From: Bacteroidales bacterium UBA4772
GTDB lineage: Bacteria; Bacteroidota; Bacteroidia; Bacteroidales; VadinHA17
Assembly: GCA_002403305.1 (NCBI GenBank)
Contig: DHHM01000016.1
Span: 122,490-186,489 of the forward strand
DNA: 64,000 nt
Direction: 5' to 3'
Position numbers and translations under genes: made by a program. Of the stretch, positions 55,764-64,000 are shown piece by piece; the first letter of the stretch is position 1, and each line of letters starts with the position of its first letter. The notes beneath the pieces were generated by a model, which worked only from the letters and a program-made list of their open reading frames with translations, had not been told where the DNA came from and made no database searches.

Positions 55764-56711
55764 ATGAGAAATATTCTGTTATTGGGTATCGCCGTAATGC
55801 TATCTGGTTCGCTTAAGGCACAGCCTGGTGTAACCCTTAAGATGAGCCTTGAGAAAAACAAGGTGTATCAGCTCAGGTCCGAAGCAGATCAGACCGTTAC
55901 CCAGACCATTAACGGCGGTCAGCAGACTACCGAATCACATGTCAGCTATTCCATTTCATTAAAAATGGTTGATGCAACCCCGGAATTTATGATTACGGAG
56001 GTTCGCCTTGACACTATGATCACTAAAACCAATACGATGGGCAAGTTGTCAATTATGAGCTCCGCCAATGAGGGAGACATACAATCATCAGAGATAGCCG
56101 ATGTGGTCTCATGCATAATGAACCGGTTAAGCAAAAATGCCATATATGCCAAAATTGATTATTCGGGCAGGCCTGTTGAGATATTGAATGCCAGGTTGCT
56201 CTCCGAAATGATACTCAGGGATACGGCTGCCATTACTCTTGCCGGCCAGACGGGCGATGCCGTGAAAAAGCAGATTGCAGATATGATAGGCACGGAAGAA
56301 TTGAAGACAATGATTGGAATGTTTACATATAACCTTCCCGGCAGGGAGGTCTCTCCGGGCGATACCTGGAAAAACTCACAATCAATGATCTCCGGAGGAA
56401 TGATGCTTGACATCTCAACAACATTCCGGTTTACAGGGACTGAAGGTGACTTTGCCCTCATCACCTCAGAGTCTGCCATTAAGGCTGCTGATAATGCGGC
56501 ACCTATTCAGTCCGGTGGCGCGACCGTAACGTATGATGATCTCAAGGGTCTGAGCAGGGCAACCATGAAGGTTTCTGTTCTTACCGGACTGCTGTCAGAG
56601 AGCACCGGGAAAACGCGCCTTTCCGGAAACCTGGGCATAAGTGCTCCGGGATTCAGTATGCAGATGCCCATGGACATTAACGGGGAAACGAAAGTTGTTG
56701 GATTACAATAA
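55764..56711 (+). CDS. Secreted protein of unknown function
   Basis: Signal peptide ending LKAQ. 315 aa, beta-rich. Followed 18 nt later by an outer-membrane barrel gene. Confidence 0.55.
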   Translation: MRNILLLGIAVMLSGSLKAQPGVTLKMSLEKNKVYQLRSEADQTVTQTINGGQQTTESHVSYSISLKMVDATPEFMITEVRLDTMITKTNTMGKLSIMSSANEGDIQSSEIADVVSCIMNRLSKNAIYAKIDYSGRPVEILNARLLSEMILRDTAAITLAGQTGDAVKKQIADMIGTEELKTMIGMFTYNLPGREVSPGDTWKNSQSMISGGMMLDISTTFRFTGTEGDFALITSESAIKAADNAAPIQSGGATVTYDDLKGLSRATMKVSVLTGLLSESTGKTRLSGNLGISAPGFSMQMPMDINGETKVVGLQ

Positions 56712-56729
56712 ATTGATTTTGGACAGAAA

Positions 56730-59099
56730 ATGAAAAGAATTTTGATTGTATTGCTTTTGGCAGCCTCTGTTACCGCGCAGGCTCAAAATATAAGCGGTAA
56801 AGTATGCCTGGAGAGTGACAGGTCTCAGGTGCCCTACGCCACGGTTGGGCTGATGCAGTTGCCTGACTCGTCAATGATTACGGGTGTAATTACCCTGACA
56901 GATGGAGGTTATCTTCTTGAAAATGTAAAACCCGGAAATTACTTCGTCAGGGTAAGCTATGTGGGTTTTGCAACCGTCGGCAGGAGCGTTGCCGTGGGGC
57001 CAGCTGATGCTGATGTTACCGTCGATACCATCTTTTTGTCTGAAACCACGGCAACCATAGGTGAGATTATGGTGGTGGGAGAACGTCTGAAGGGTAAGGA
57101 GATGGTTGACCGAACCAGCTATGCCATCCCTGTCGCAGTCTCGCAGACAGCCACCAACGGTTATGACCTTCTGAAAAAGATACCACAGGTCAATGTTGAT
57201 TTCCAGAATAACGTGACTCTTAATGGCAGCAGCAACTTCATCATCCAGGTTGACGGGAGACAGCGTGACAAGGAATACCTTGCCAGGATCCTGCCTTCGG
57301 ATATCGAAACTATCGAGATCATAACCAATCCGTCAGGCAAATACGAAGGCAATATCGATGGGGTGATAAGCGTAATACTGAAGAAAGAGGCCAGGTACGG
57401 AGTGAACGGCAATATCGGTGCCAATGTAAAACCTTTTAACAAACTCACCAGCCAGGTCACCGGCAGCCTGGACTACTCCATTGGCAAGATAACGTTTTAT
57501 ATTACAGCCCTTAACATTTACCAGGCTCTTGATATCAGCCAGTCAAACAAGAGTATCTTCACTGCAATAGACTCAACGATCAGCCTCTCGGGAAGCGGAG
57601 GCATTGAGGTAACCTTGTCGACAATCAACAGCGGATTTGATTATTACATCAATGATAAGAACAGCCTGAGCCTGAATGTCAGTTACAAGCCTGTAAACCA
57701 GGATGTGGATCTCCCGGGTGAGACTTTTCTCTATAAGGGTGAAAACCCGCTCAATACGATTTCCTCGCTCACACATAATGGTTATGGCAGTGAAGAATCG
57801 TCAGCCTCGCTGTTTTATAAGAAAACATTTACCAACCCGGTTCAGGAGCTGACGGTCGAAAACACTTATTATAATTTCAGGTCGGTGGAGGATAACAGCT
57901 TCGACAATACCCGGTATCCCTATGATTCGGAGATTGTGCTTGATACTTATTCCCGGCACGAGGAGAATCTTAACAGGAGGAATTATTATTCCGGAAAGGT
58001 AAATTATGTCCATCCGCTGGGGATGAATGCGAAGCTTGAATCCGGCTACCAGCTGTACTACCAGCAGATGAGTTATGATTTTACCATAAATGACCTGGAA
58101 GCGGAAAATCTGTTTGAATATGCCGAACTGAGAAATTCGTTTTACACCGGGGTTACCTATAACGTAAAGAAGATTGGGATGCAGGCAATGCTTAGAGTGG
58201 AGAACAGTCACATCATGGCAGACTCTGTTTCCGAGCCGGATTACACCTGTATTCTTCCGACAGTCAATATACAGTACAAGTTTTCGGCATCGCATAACCT
58301 GAAGTTTACGTACAACAGGAGGATTAACCGTCCGGGGATTTATGACATGAACCCATATTTCAGAACGGACCAGAACTATAACATCACCCAGGGGAACCCT
58401 GATCTCAGGCCTGATTATCGTGACCGCCTTCAGCTTACCTACACATGGAATTTCGGGAGCAACTACTTCTCTCCCTACATCTATAATGAGTACTTCTCTA
58501 ACAGGGTGGGGAATGAATACAAGGTCACACAATCGCCTGTTGACAATACGCTGATTACATTTACCAGGCCCTATAACCTTCTGAACGGTTACGAGCTGGG
58601 AGGCGGCATAAACGCCACGCTGTGGTATGTCAACTTCAACGCCAGGGTATACAACGGTCATATAAATGAATACACCGGTCCCGACTTTACGATACCCGGA
58701 AGGGATTACTTCTCATGGAGCATGACAGGGGCTGCATATCACAGCTTTGGCAAGGACAAGAAGACTACCGCTTTTGCCTTCCTGAGTTATAACGGTGTGA
58801 ACGTGAATGCCAGGTCGAGGACATATAATCACCCTTTCTACGGGCCGGGAATTCAGACTCAGATCAAGAATCACAGTTTGGGAGTGGTATGGGTTTTGCC
58901 ACTGTCAACCAATGTCAGGCTGAACCGTACGGAAACCGAAACTCCTGAATACTCCTCAACAAATATTATTGGCTTCAATGCCTCGAATTTCTTCCAGTTC
59001 TCCTACTCCTACAAATTCAATAAGGGGAAGAGCGTGAAGAAGCTCAACCGGAAAGTTGAAGTGGAGAGCGACAGCAAAGGCGGGGCTCTGGTTAAATGA
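56730..59099 (+). CDS. Outer-membrane beta-barrel protein with N-terminal carboxypeptidase-regulatory-like domain (TonB-dependent-receptor-like)
   Basis: Signal peptide, then ISGKV......VPYATVGL......G..T...G.Y.L.NV.PGNY.V.VSYVGF (CarbopepD_reg), a plug-like segment (IEIITNPS.KYEG), and a long Tyr/Asn-rich barrel ending in an aromatic-rich C-terminus. Confidence 0.75.
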   Translation: MKRILIVLLLAASVTAQAQNISGKVCLESDRSQVPYATVGLMQLPDSSMITGVITLTDGGYLLENVKPGNYFVRVSYVGFATVGRSVAVGPADADVTVDTIFLSETTATIGEIMVVGERLKGKEMVDRTSYAIPVAVSQTATNGYDLLKKIPQVNVDFQNNVTLNGSSNFIIQVDGRQRDKEYLARILPSDIETIEIITNPSGKYEGNIDGVISVILKKEARYGVNGNIGANVKPFNKLTSQVTGSLDYSIGKITFYITALNIYQALDISQSNKSIFTAIDSTISLSGSGGIEVTLSTINSGFDYYINDKNSLSLNVSYKPVNQDVDLPGETFLYKGENPLNTISSLTHNGYGSEESSASLFYKKTFTNPVQELTVENTYYNFRSVEDNSFDNTRYPYDSEIVLDTYSRHEENLNRRNYYSGKVNYVHPLGMNAKLESGYQLYYQQMSYDFTINDLEAENLFEYAELRNSFYTGVTYNVKKIGMQAMLRVENSHIMADSVSEPDYTCILPTVNIQYKFSASHNLKFTYNRRINRPGIYDMNPYFRTDQNYNITQGNPDLRPDYRDRLQLTYTWNFGSNYFSPYIYNEYFSNRVGNEYKVTQSPVDNTLITFTRPYNLLNGYELGGGINATLWYVNFNARVYNGHINEYTGPDFTIPGRDYFSWSMTGAAYHSFGKDKKTTAFAFLSYNGVNVNARSRTYNHPFYGPGIQTQIKNHSLGVVWVLPLSTNVRLNRTETETPEYSSTNIIGFNASNFFQFSYSYKFNKGKSVKKLNRKVEVESDSKGGALVK

Positions 59100-59113
59100 T
59101 TAAGGAATTGTTT

Positions 59114-59146
59114 TATCCCTGACCGTCCTGTGTGCGGTCAGGGATA
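59114..59146. terminator. Strong hairpin between convergent genes (12-bp perfect stem, 9-nt loop)
   Basis: TATCCCTGACCG-tcctgtgtg-CGGTCAGGGATA, 15 nt after the stop of the barrel gene and 46 nt beyond the stop of the minus-strand gene. No clear U tract. Confidence 0.5.
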
Positions 59147-59191
59147 GCAATTCCGATATCAACGTTCAATCCTGCTCTACCGGTTTTCCCG

Positions 59192-59761
59192 TTAAGGATT
59201 CCGCATCTCTTTTGAGAGCTCTGGACGCAGCAGGGCATTTGTAAATCCCGTCTTTATTATCTCCCGGGCCTTCTCTTCACCATACTCCCTGCTGAATGGC
59301 GGAAGAAACGCATATGCCCCGGGGGTGTTGACCATAGGATCCATCAGATATATAAAAGTATAGGTTCCGTCTTCATTGGCCCTGAGGGGCTCCAGCATCC
59401 TGACAGACATGGCGGCCGGGCTCTTCTCCTTTGAAGCCAGCCGCCAAAGATCATTGTTGAATTTTTTAAAGTCCTCCACCTTGTCTGCATTGACATAGTT
59501 ATAGAGGATCCATATCGTGTCATTATCAACACTTCTGGCTATTGGCGGAGGATTATCCGAGTTAAATATGTCACGGAATATTTTTAATTCTTTGCCAACC
59601 TTCTTCCAAATGACTATAAACTTGCTGTTCATCTCTTCGATGCTGCTTTTCAGCTTGGCATTTTCCTGTCCTGATGCGGAGAAACATGCCGGCAGGATAA
59701 GAGCAACCATGACTGCGCCGGCCAGGTGAGAGTGCAGTGCTTTCAGTACAATTGTCTTCAT
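59192..59761 (-). CDS. Secreted protein of unknown function
   Basis: 189 aa with an N-terminal hydrophobic signal (AVMVALILPACFSASGQ). No recognisable motif. Confidence 0.5.
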   Translation of the reverse strand: MKTIVLKALHSHLAGAVMVALILPACFSASGQENAKLKSSIEEMNSKFIVIWKKVGKELKIFRDIFNSDNPPPIARSVDNDTIWILYNYVNADKVEDFKKFNNDLWRLASKEKSPAAMSVRMLEPLRANEDGTYTFIYLMDPMVNTPGAYAFLPPFSREYGEEKAREIIKTGFTNALLRPELSKEMRNP

Positions 59762-59800
59762 AGCTTTTCAGATTAAGTGGTTACTAAAGATTTAACAGAT

Positions 59801-59808
59801 CAAAATTA
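59801..59808 (-). promoter_or_regulatory. TAnnTTTG -7 box upstream of the 59192-59761 gene
   Basis: Minus-strand TAATTTTG, 39 nt upstream of the ATG at 59761. Confidence 0.3.
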
Positions 59809-60061
59809 GGCCTGCAATGACCTGGTAGTCTATTTGATTTGTCCCAAAATTGGACGTTTTTGTATCAATACCTGTGACTGGGATTATGGCCGGGGCAAAC
59901 ACAGTGACCGATATTGAAAAGATAAAAGTGATTTTGCAGTCAAAAAAAGAAAACAGTTCGTTTGAATGACTGAAAAAATTTAACCAAGTTTGTCTTGATT
60001 TGATCTGGCATTTGACCCCATTCAACCTGGTACCATTAAGCTATTCAATTCTTAAAGCCTT

Positions 60062-61423
60062 ATGAGCACTAACACCACAAAACTATCCCTGAAGGAAAAG
60101 ATCGGATATGGTCTTGGCGATACAGCTTCCCACTTTGTATGGGACATGGTAGGCTTCTGGATCCTGATTTTTTATACGGATACCTTCGGAATATCGGCGG
60201 CGGCGGCCGGGACTATCATGCTGATAGCCCGATTTTGGGACATGCTCAGCGATCCGCTCATGGGTATCATAGCCGACAGGACCAGCACCCGGTGGGGGAA
60301 ATTCCGTCCCTACCTGCTGTGGATGGCACTTCCCTACAGCGTACTGGCTGTGCTTACCTTTTCAACACCTGACATAGGCCCCACCGGAAAAGTGATTTAC
60401 GCCGGAGTCACATATCTGTTGCTTATGACCGTTTTTACTGCCATCAACCTTCCATATTCCTCGCTTGGCGCTGTAATGACCTCCGACTCCTATGAAAGGG
60501 CAGGATTGAATTCATACCGGTTCATATTTGCCTTTGCCGGACAGCTTATCGTCACGGGGACCGCACTATACCTGGCCGGTTTCTTTGGCAAGGGCGACAA
60601 CGCCAAAGGATATCAGTACACCCTGTTGCTGTTTGCGGCAATCAGTTTCATCCTGTTCATGGTTACCTTCATGACCACTAAAGAGAGGGTAAAGCCACCT
60701 GCCAAACAACAGCACAATCTTAAACAGGATATCAAAAACCTTTTCAGGAACCGTCCCTGGGTCATACTCTTCTTTGTGGGCATTGTTTCATTTATCATGT
60801 TTGCCCTGCAGAATCTTTCAATTGCCTATTACTTCAAATATTATATTGGGCAGGAACAGAACGTTCAGTTGTTCAATGTAATCGGTACCGTTGCACTGAT
60901 AGCGGGTATCCCGTTCTCAAAACCGCTGGCAAAAAGGTTTGGTAAACGGAATGTTTATATTGCCAGTTCATTGCTCTCAGGCCTGTTTTTCATTTTGTTA
61001 TATCTCCCTGGCAGCGAGAACATGACTGCCGTTTATATACTGAATGTTCTGGCAAAATTCACCTACGCTCCTGCCGTTCCCCTGCTCTGGACAATGCTTG
61101 CCGATACTGCCGATTACTCCGAATGGAAATTTGGCCGGCGTGCAACCGGACTGGTCTTTTCGGCAGCAACATTTGCACAGAAGGCCGGATGGGGCATTGG
61201 AGGCGCACTGGCAGGCTGGATGCTGGCCCTGTTTCACTTCGTTCCCAATACCGACCAGTCTGCCTCCACTCTTACCGGAATCAAACTGATGATCTCAGTC
61301 TTCCCCGGGATTCTGTATATGTCGTGCGCCATCCTTCTCTGGTACTATGCCATTGACCATAAAACCTGCCTCCTGATGCAGGAAGAACTGGATAAAAGGA
61401 GGGAAGAGTCAGAAGAGAAATAA
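60062..61423 (+). CDS. Glycoside-pentoside-hexuronide (GPH):cation symporter family MFS transporter
   Basis: N-terminal KIGYGLGD.......F.....YTD..G, the DxxxD-containing loop ARFWDMLSDPLMGIIADRT.TRWGKFRPY (GPH signature), and 12 TM helices. Confidence 0.8.
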   Translation: MSTNTTKLSLKEKIGYGLGDTASHFVWDMVGFWILIFYTDTFGISAAAAGTIMLIARFWDMLSDPLMGIIADRTSTRWGKFRPYLLWMALPYSVLAVLTFSTPDIGPTGKVIYAGVTYLLLMTVFTAINLPYSSLGAVMTSDSYERAGLNSYRFIFAFAGQLIVTGTALYLAGFFGKGDNAKGYQYTLLLFAAISFILFMVTFMTTKERVKPPAKQQHNLKQDIKNLFRNRPWVILFFVGIVSFIMFALQNLSIAYYFKYYIGQEQNVQLFNVIGTVALIAGIPFSKPLAKRFGKRNVYIASSLLSGLFFILLYLPGSENMTAVYILNVLAKFTYAPAVPLLWTMLADTADYSEWKFGRRATGLVFSAATFAQKAGWGIGGALAGWMLALFHFVPNTDQSASTLTGIKLMISVFPGILYMSCAILLWYYAIDHKTCLLMQEELDKRREESEEK

Positions 61424-61599
61424 AGAGGGAAGTGTGCGCCTGCTTAAAACTGATAATTGCGACAGCGCCCTCAGTGAATACTACATAACAGAGATGCCTG
61501 TGCCACCTCTGAAATAGATAATTTCACCAGCGAATTCAGTATATACTAATTGACAAGGATTCCTGTGCAACATTCAAAAATGATAACAACACCAGTATT

Positions 61600-62868
61600 A
61601 TGAAAAAGTTACTTCCAATTCTGATTTTCGCCGTGGCTGCCATGTTGGTTGCATCATGCAACCCGAAGCCGCGCGCCACGGGTAAAACCGCAGCAGAGAT
61701 TCTTGGCTCACCCGACTACCAGGCCATCTCATACGGAGGGTATAGGGAAAAGACAAGAGATATTCAACCCACGATTCCCCAGCTGAAGGAGGACATGAAG
61801 ATATTGTCGGCCATGGGAATTAAGATGCTTCGCACCTATAATGTCCATCTTGATGAAGCTGCCAACCTGCTGGAAGCGATAAGCCAGCTGAAGAAAGAGG
61901 ACCCCGGCTTTGAGATGTCTGTGATGCTGGGTGCATGGATCGATTGCAAAAATGCCTGGACAGATCTCCCCGACCGCATCAGAAACGAGGAGAGTCCCAG
62001 AAATGAGACAGAGATTAATCGCGCTGTTGAGCTGACACAACTATACCCCGATATTGTAAAAATAATAGCCGTGGGTAACGAGGCCATGGTGCACTGGGCG
62101 TGGGATTATTATGTTGAACCAGGTATCATCCTGAAATGGGTAAACCATTTGCAGAGCCTTAAGGAGACAGGTAAATTGCCCGGAACACTGTGGATAACCA
62201 GTTCGGACAATTATGCATCGTGGGGCGGAGGCGGAACCGAGTACCATCTGGAGGAGCTCAACGAGCTCATCAGAGCGGTTGATTTTATTTCAATGCACAC
62301 CTACCCGATGCATGAAACACATTATAGCCCAGACTTCTGGAGAGTCCCGGTTGAGCAGGAAGATCTGTCAGATATGGAGAAAATAGATGCTGCCATGCTA
62401 AGGGCCAGGGATTATGCCATTGCTCAGTACGAAAGCGTGGTCACATACATGGAAGACCTCGGTGTTGACAAGCCCGTTCATATAGGCGAAACCGGATGGG
62501 CGACCGTTTCAGATGGTCTCTATGGGGACACCGGATCCAGAGCGACCGATGAATACAAATCAGCACGCTATTACCATCTGATGAGGGAATGGACCAACGC
62601 TAACGGCGTAAGTTGTTTCTGGTTTGAAGCGTTTAACGAACAATGGAAAGATGCTGCAAATCCGCTGGGCTCAGAGAACCATTTCGGCTTGTTTAACCTT
62701 CAGGCCCAGGCAAAACATGCCTTATGGGACCTGGTGGATGCCGGCATCTTTGATGGCCTCACCCGTGACGGCAATCCTGTCACCAAAACATTCAACGGCG
62801 ACACTGCTGCCTTGATGCAGCAGGTGAAAGTGCCGCCGGCCTTACAGGAAATCAGGGCGGACCAATAA
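61600..62868 (+). CDS. Glycoside hydrolase lipoprotein, GH17-like (putative beta-1,3-glucanase/glucanosyltransferase)
   Basis: Lipobox LVASCN. AISYGGYR, LRTYN, acid/base context AVGNEAMV, nucleophile context IGETGWAT, and FEAFNEQWK...E.HFGLF. This layout matches clan GH-A family 17 as I recall it. Confidence 0.6.
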   Translation: MKKLLPILIFAVAAMLVASCNPKPRATGKTAAEILGSPDYQAISYGGYREKTRDIQPTIPQLKEDMKILSAMGIKMLRTYNVHLDEAANLLEAISQLKKEDPGFEMSVMLGAWIDCKNAWTDLPDRIRNEESPRNETEINRAVELTQLYPDIVKIIAVGNEAMVHWAWDYYVEPGIILKWVNHLQSLKETGKLPGTLWITSSDNYASWGGGGTEYHLEELNELIRAVDFISMHTYPMHETHYSPDFWRVPVEQEDLSDMEKIDAAMLRARDYAIAQYESVVTYMEDLGVDKPVHIGETGWATVSDGLYGDTGSRATDEYKSARYYHLMREWTNANGVSCFWFEAFNEQWKDAANPLGSENHFGLFNLQAQAKHALWDLVDAGIFDGLTRDGNPVTKTFNGDTAALMQQVKVPPALQEIRADQ

Positions 62869-62903
62869 CTTGCATTCAGATTGTTTTTATTTCCATAAAT
62901 ATA

Positions 62904-62911
62904 TATATTTG
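62904..62911 (+). promoter_or_regulatory. TAnnTTTG -7 box for the AbiEi/AbiEii pair
   Basis: Exact TATATTTG, ending 17 nt upstream of the ATG at 62929, in a (TA)n-rich stretch. Confidence 0.35.
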
Positions 62912-62928
62912 TATATAAATAGAAATAT

Positions 62929-63564
62929 ATGTGGATTGAGTTCCAGACGAGAATGAAGCCTTTCAGGGTATTTTCAACATTGGATGTGGAAAAGCAATTT
63001 CCCTTTATGAATCTGATGAACCTGGTCCGCTGGCAGAAGAAAGGATACATTTCGAAACTGAGAAACAGGTGGTATACCTTTAACGATGCTGAAAGCAATG
63101 AGAATATTGAATGGCTTGCCGCCAACCTGATTTATGCTCCTTCTTATGTTAGTTTGCATACTGCGCTTTCCTGGTATAATCTTATTCCGGATATGGTCCC
63201 GGTTACTACTTCGGTAACTACCCGGAAAACAAACAAATTCTCAACCCATTTGGGAGAGTTTTATTATCACCGTATCAAACCGGAATTGTTCGGATTCGGA
63301 TATACACTTGAAAATATGGACGCCAGCAGTACCGCAGGCAATCTAAGCAGAAAGATTATGGTGGCTACTCCACAAAAAGCCATTCTGGATTTTTTATATA
63401 TCAATAGTTTTTACGATTCAAAAAAGGAATTGAAAGATCTCAGATTGAATGAAGGCGAACTGGCAAAAATTATTAATGATGATTTTTACAATTTCCTTGG
63501 AAGGTATAAGAGCGAAGCCCTGAATCGTAGAATTCAATTGATGACCAAAACTTATGGCTTATGA
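62929..63564 (+). CDS. AbiEi-like type IV toxin-antitoxin antitoxin / transcriptional regulator
   Basis: 211 aa. The N-terminal winged-helix-like segment (F...DV....P.MNLMNLVRWQKKGYI.KLRNRWY) and 4-nt overlap with a nucleotidyltransferase-toxin gene match the AbiE arrangement. Confidence 0.6.
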   Translation: MWIEFQTRMKPFRVFSTLDVEKQFPFMNLMNLVRWQKKGYISKLRNRWYTFNDAESNENIEWLAANLIYAPSYVSLHTALSWYNLIPDMVPVTTSVTTRKTNKFSTHLGEFYYHRIKPELFGFGYTLENMDASSTAGNLSRKIMVATPQKAILDFLYINSFYDSKKELKDLRLNEGELAKIINDDFYNFLGRYKSEALNRRIQLMTKTYGL

Positions 63565-63986
63565 TCAGCTTTGATGAAATAAAATCCTTCTTTGCAGACG
63601 GTCTCCGAAAAAATCCATCTTATTTCGAATACATGCTGAAGGAATATTTTCATTACCGGATGCTGGATATTTTGTTTTCCGGGGAGTATGCATCGAAGTT
63701 GAGTTTTATCGGAGGCACCAGTCTTAGAATACTTTATCACATCCGACGCTTCAGTGAAGATCTCGACTTTGATTGTTTTCAACTTTCCAGGGAAGAATTC
63801 ATCCAATTAACAGATAAGGTCATGGCCAGACTCAGGATGGAAGGGATTAAAGTGGAGGCTGATGACAAGGATAAGGATCTAAAACTTACTGCCTTCAGGC
63901 GGAATATCATTTTTCCCGGATTGCTGAATGAATTAGGATTGACGGGTCACAGGGAGAAGAAACTGTTGATAAAGATAGAGTTTTAA
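63561..63986 (+). CDS. AbiEii/AbiGii-family nucleotidyltransferase toxin, apparently truncated (141 aa)
   Basis: The NTase motif FIGGTSLRILYHIRRFSEDLDFD is present. The in-frame TAA at 63984-63986 ends the ORF well short of the ~250-300 aa I expect for this family. Only 14 nt of window remain after it. Confidence 0.55.
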   Translation: MISFDEIKSFFADGLRKNPSYFEYMLKEYFHYRMLDILFSGEYASKLSFIGGTSLRILYHIRRFSEDLDFDCFQLSREEFIQLTDKVMARLRMEGIKVEADDKDKDLKLTAFRRNIIFPGLLNELGLTGHREKKLLIKIEF

Positions 63987-64000
63987 TACCGTATACAAAT

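Noticed and set aside
57801-58661. 286-aa minus-strand ORF inside the outer-membrane barrel gene
   Set aside because: It is antisense to a Tyr/Asn-rich barrel-coding frame, and its translation is Val/Ile/Arg/Pro-rich without motifs. The sense ORF has a signal peptide and the CarbopepD_reg/plug/barrel order.
1-64000. CRISPR arrays, tRNA/rRNA genes, IS elements
   Set aside because: The only tandem repeats seen are in-frame coding repeats (polA linker, MORN, TPR, beta-helix, SPOR). I found no direct-repeat/spacer architecture, no GGTTCGAATCC-type T-arms in intergenic regions, and no transposase-like ORF.

Overview
This is a compact chromosomal segment of a Bacteroidota-type genome. The assignment rests on four things: exact TAnnTTTG -7 promoter boxes 15-39 nt upstream of eight start codons, no Shine-Dalgarno sequences, the dut / TPR / DUF4292 / EnvC-like gene order, and a T9SS C-terminal sorting domain. 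About 48 protein genes are supported. Most are housekeeping: moaED, polA, queD, lspA, uvrC, ade, mnmG, ybeY, dut, pheS, ruvB, nadA, rpiB, hemW, nfo and others. I found no rRNA, tRNA, CRISPR array, transposase or integrase. The stand-out region is an 18.4 kb same-strand gene block at 32280-50652, wedged between a PurF-like gene and nfo. It encodes two small DUF4402/SCPU-like (archaic chaperone-usher pilin-like) secreted proteins and a two-domain PapD-like periplasmic chaperone. Next comes a 3989-aa beta-helix/Ig-like giant surface protein with a GEVED domain that ends in a T9SS (Por) C-terminal sorting domain. A third DUF4402-like subunit follows. The last gene encodes a 1256-aa usher-like outer-membrane protein whose C-terminus is replaced by an SdrD/Cna-B-like module plus three SPOR (peptidoglycan-binding) domains. 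I do not recognise this mix of a chaperone-usher-type fibre kit, a T9SS cargo giant and a peptidoglycan-tethered usher as a described system, and it is my top candidate. Secondary observations: a 3 x 48 bp in-frame FG-motif repeat in polA; a 612 bp ORF-free but non-AT-rich gap downstream of ade; a 24-bp perfect palindrome (core TTCCACGTGGAA, also present at a second gene end); a PurF-like enzyme with Ser in place of the N-terminal nucleophile Cys; a possible baeRF-like protein; and an AbiEi/AbiEii pair whose toxin gene appears truncated. All functional calls come from reading the translated ORFs and recalling family motifs. No database search was run.
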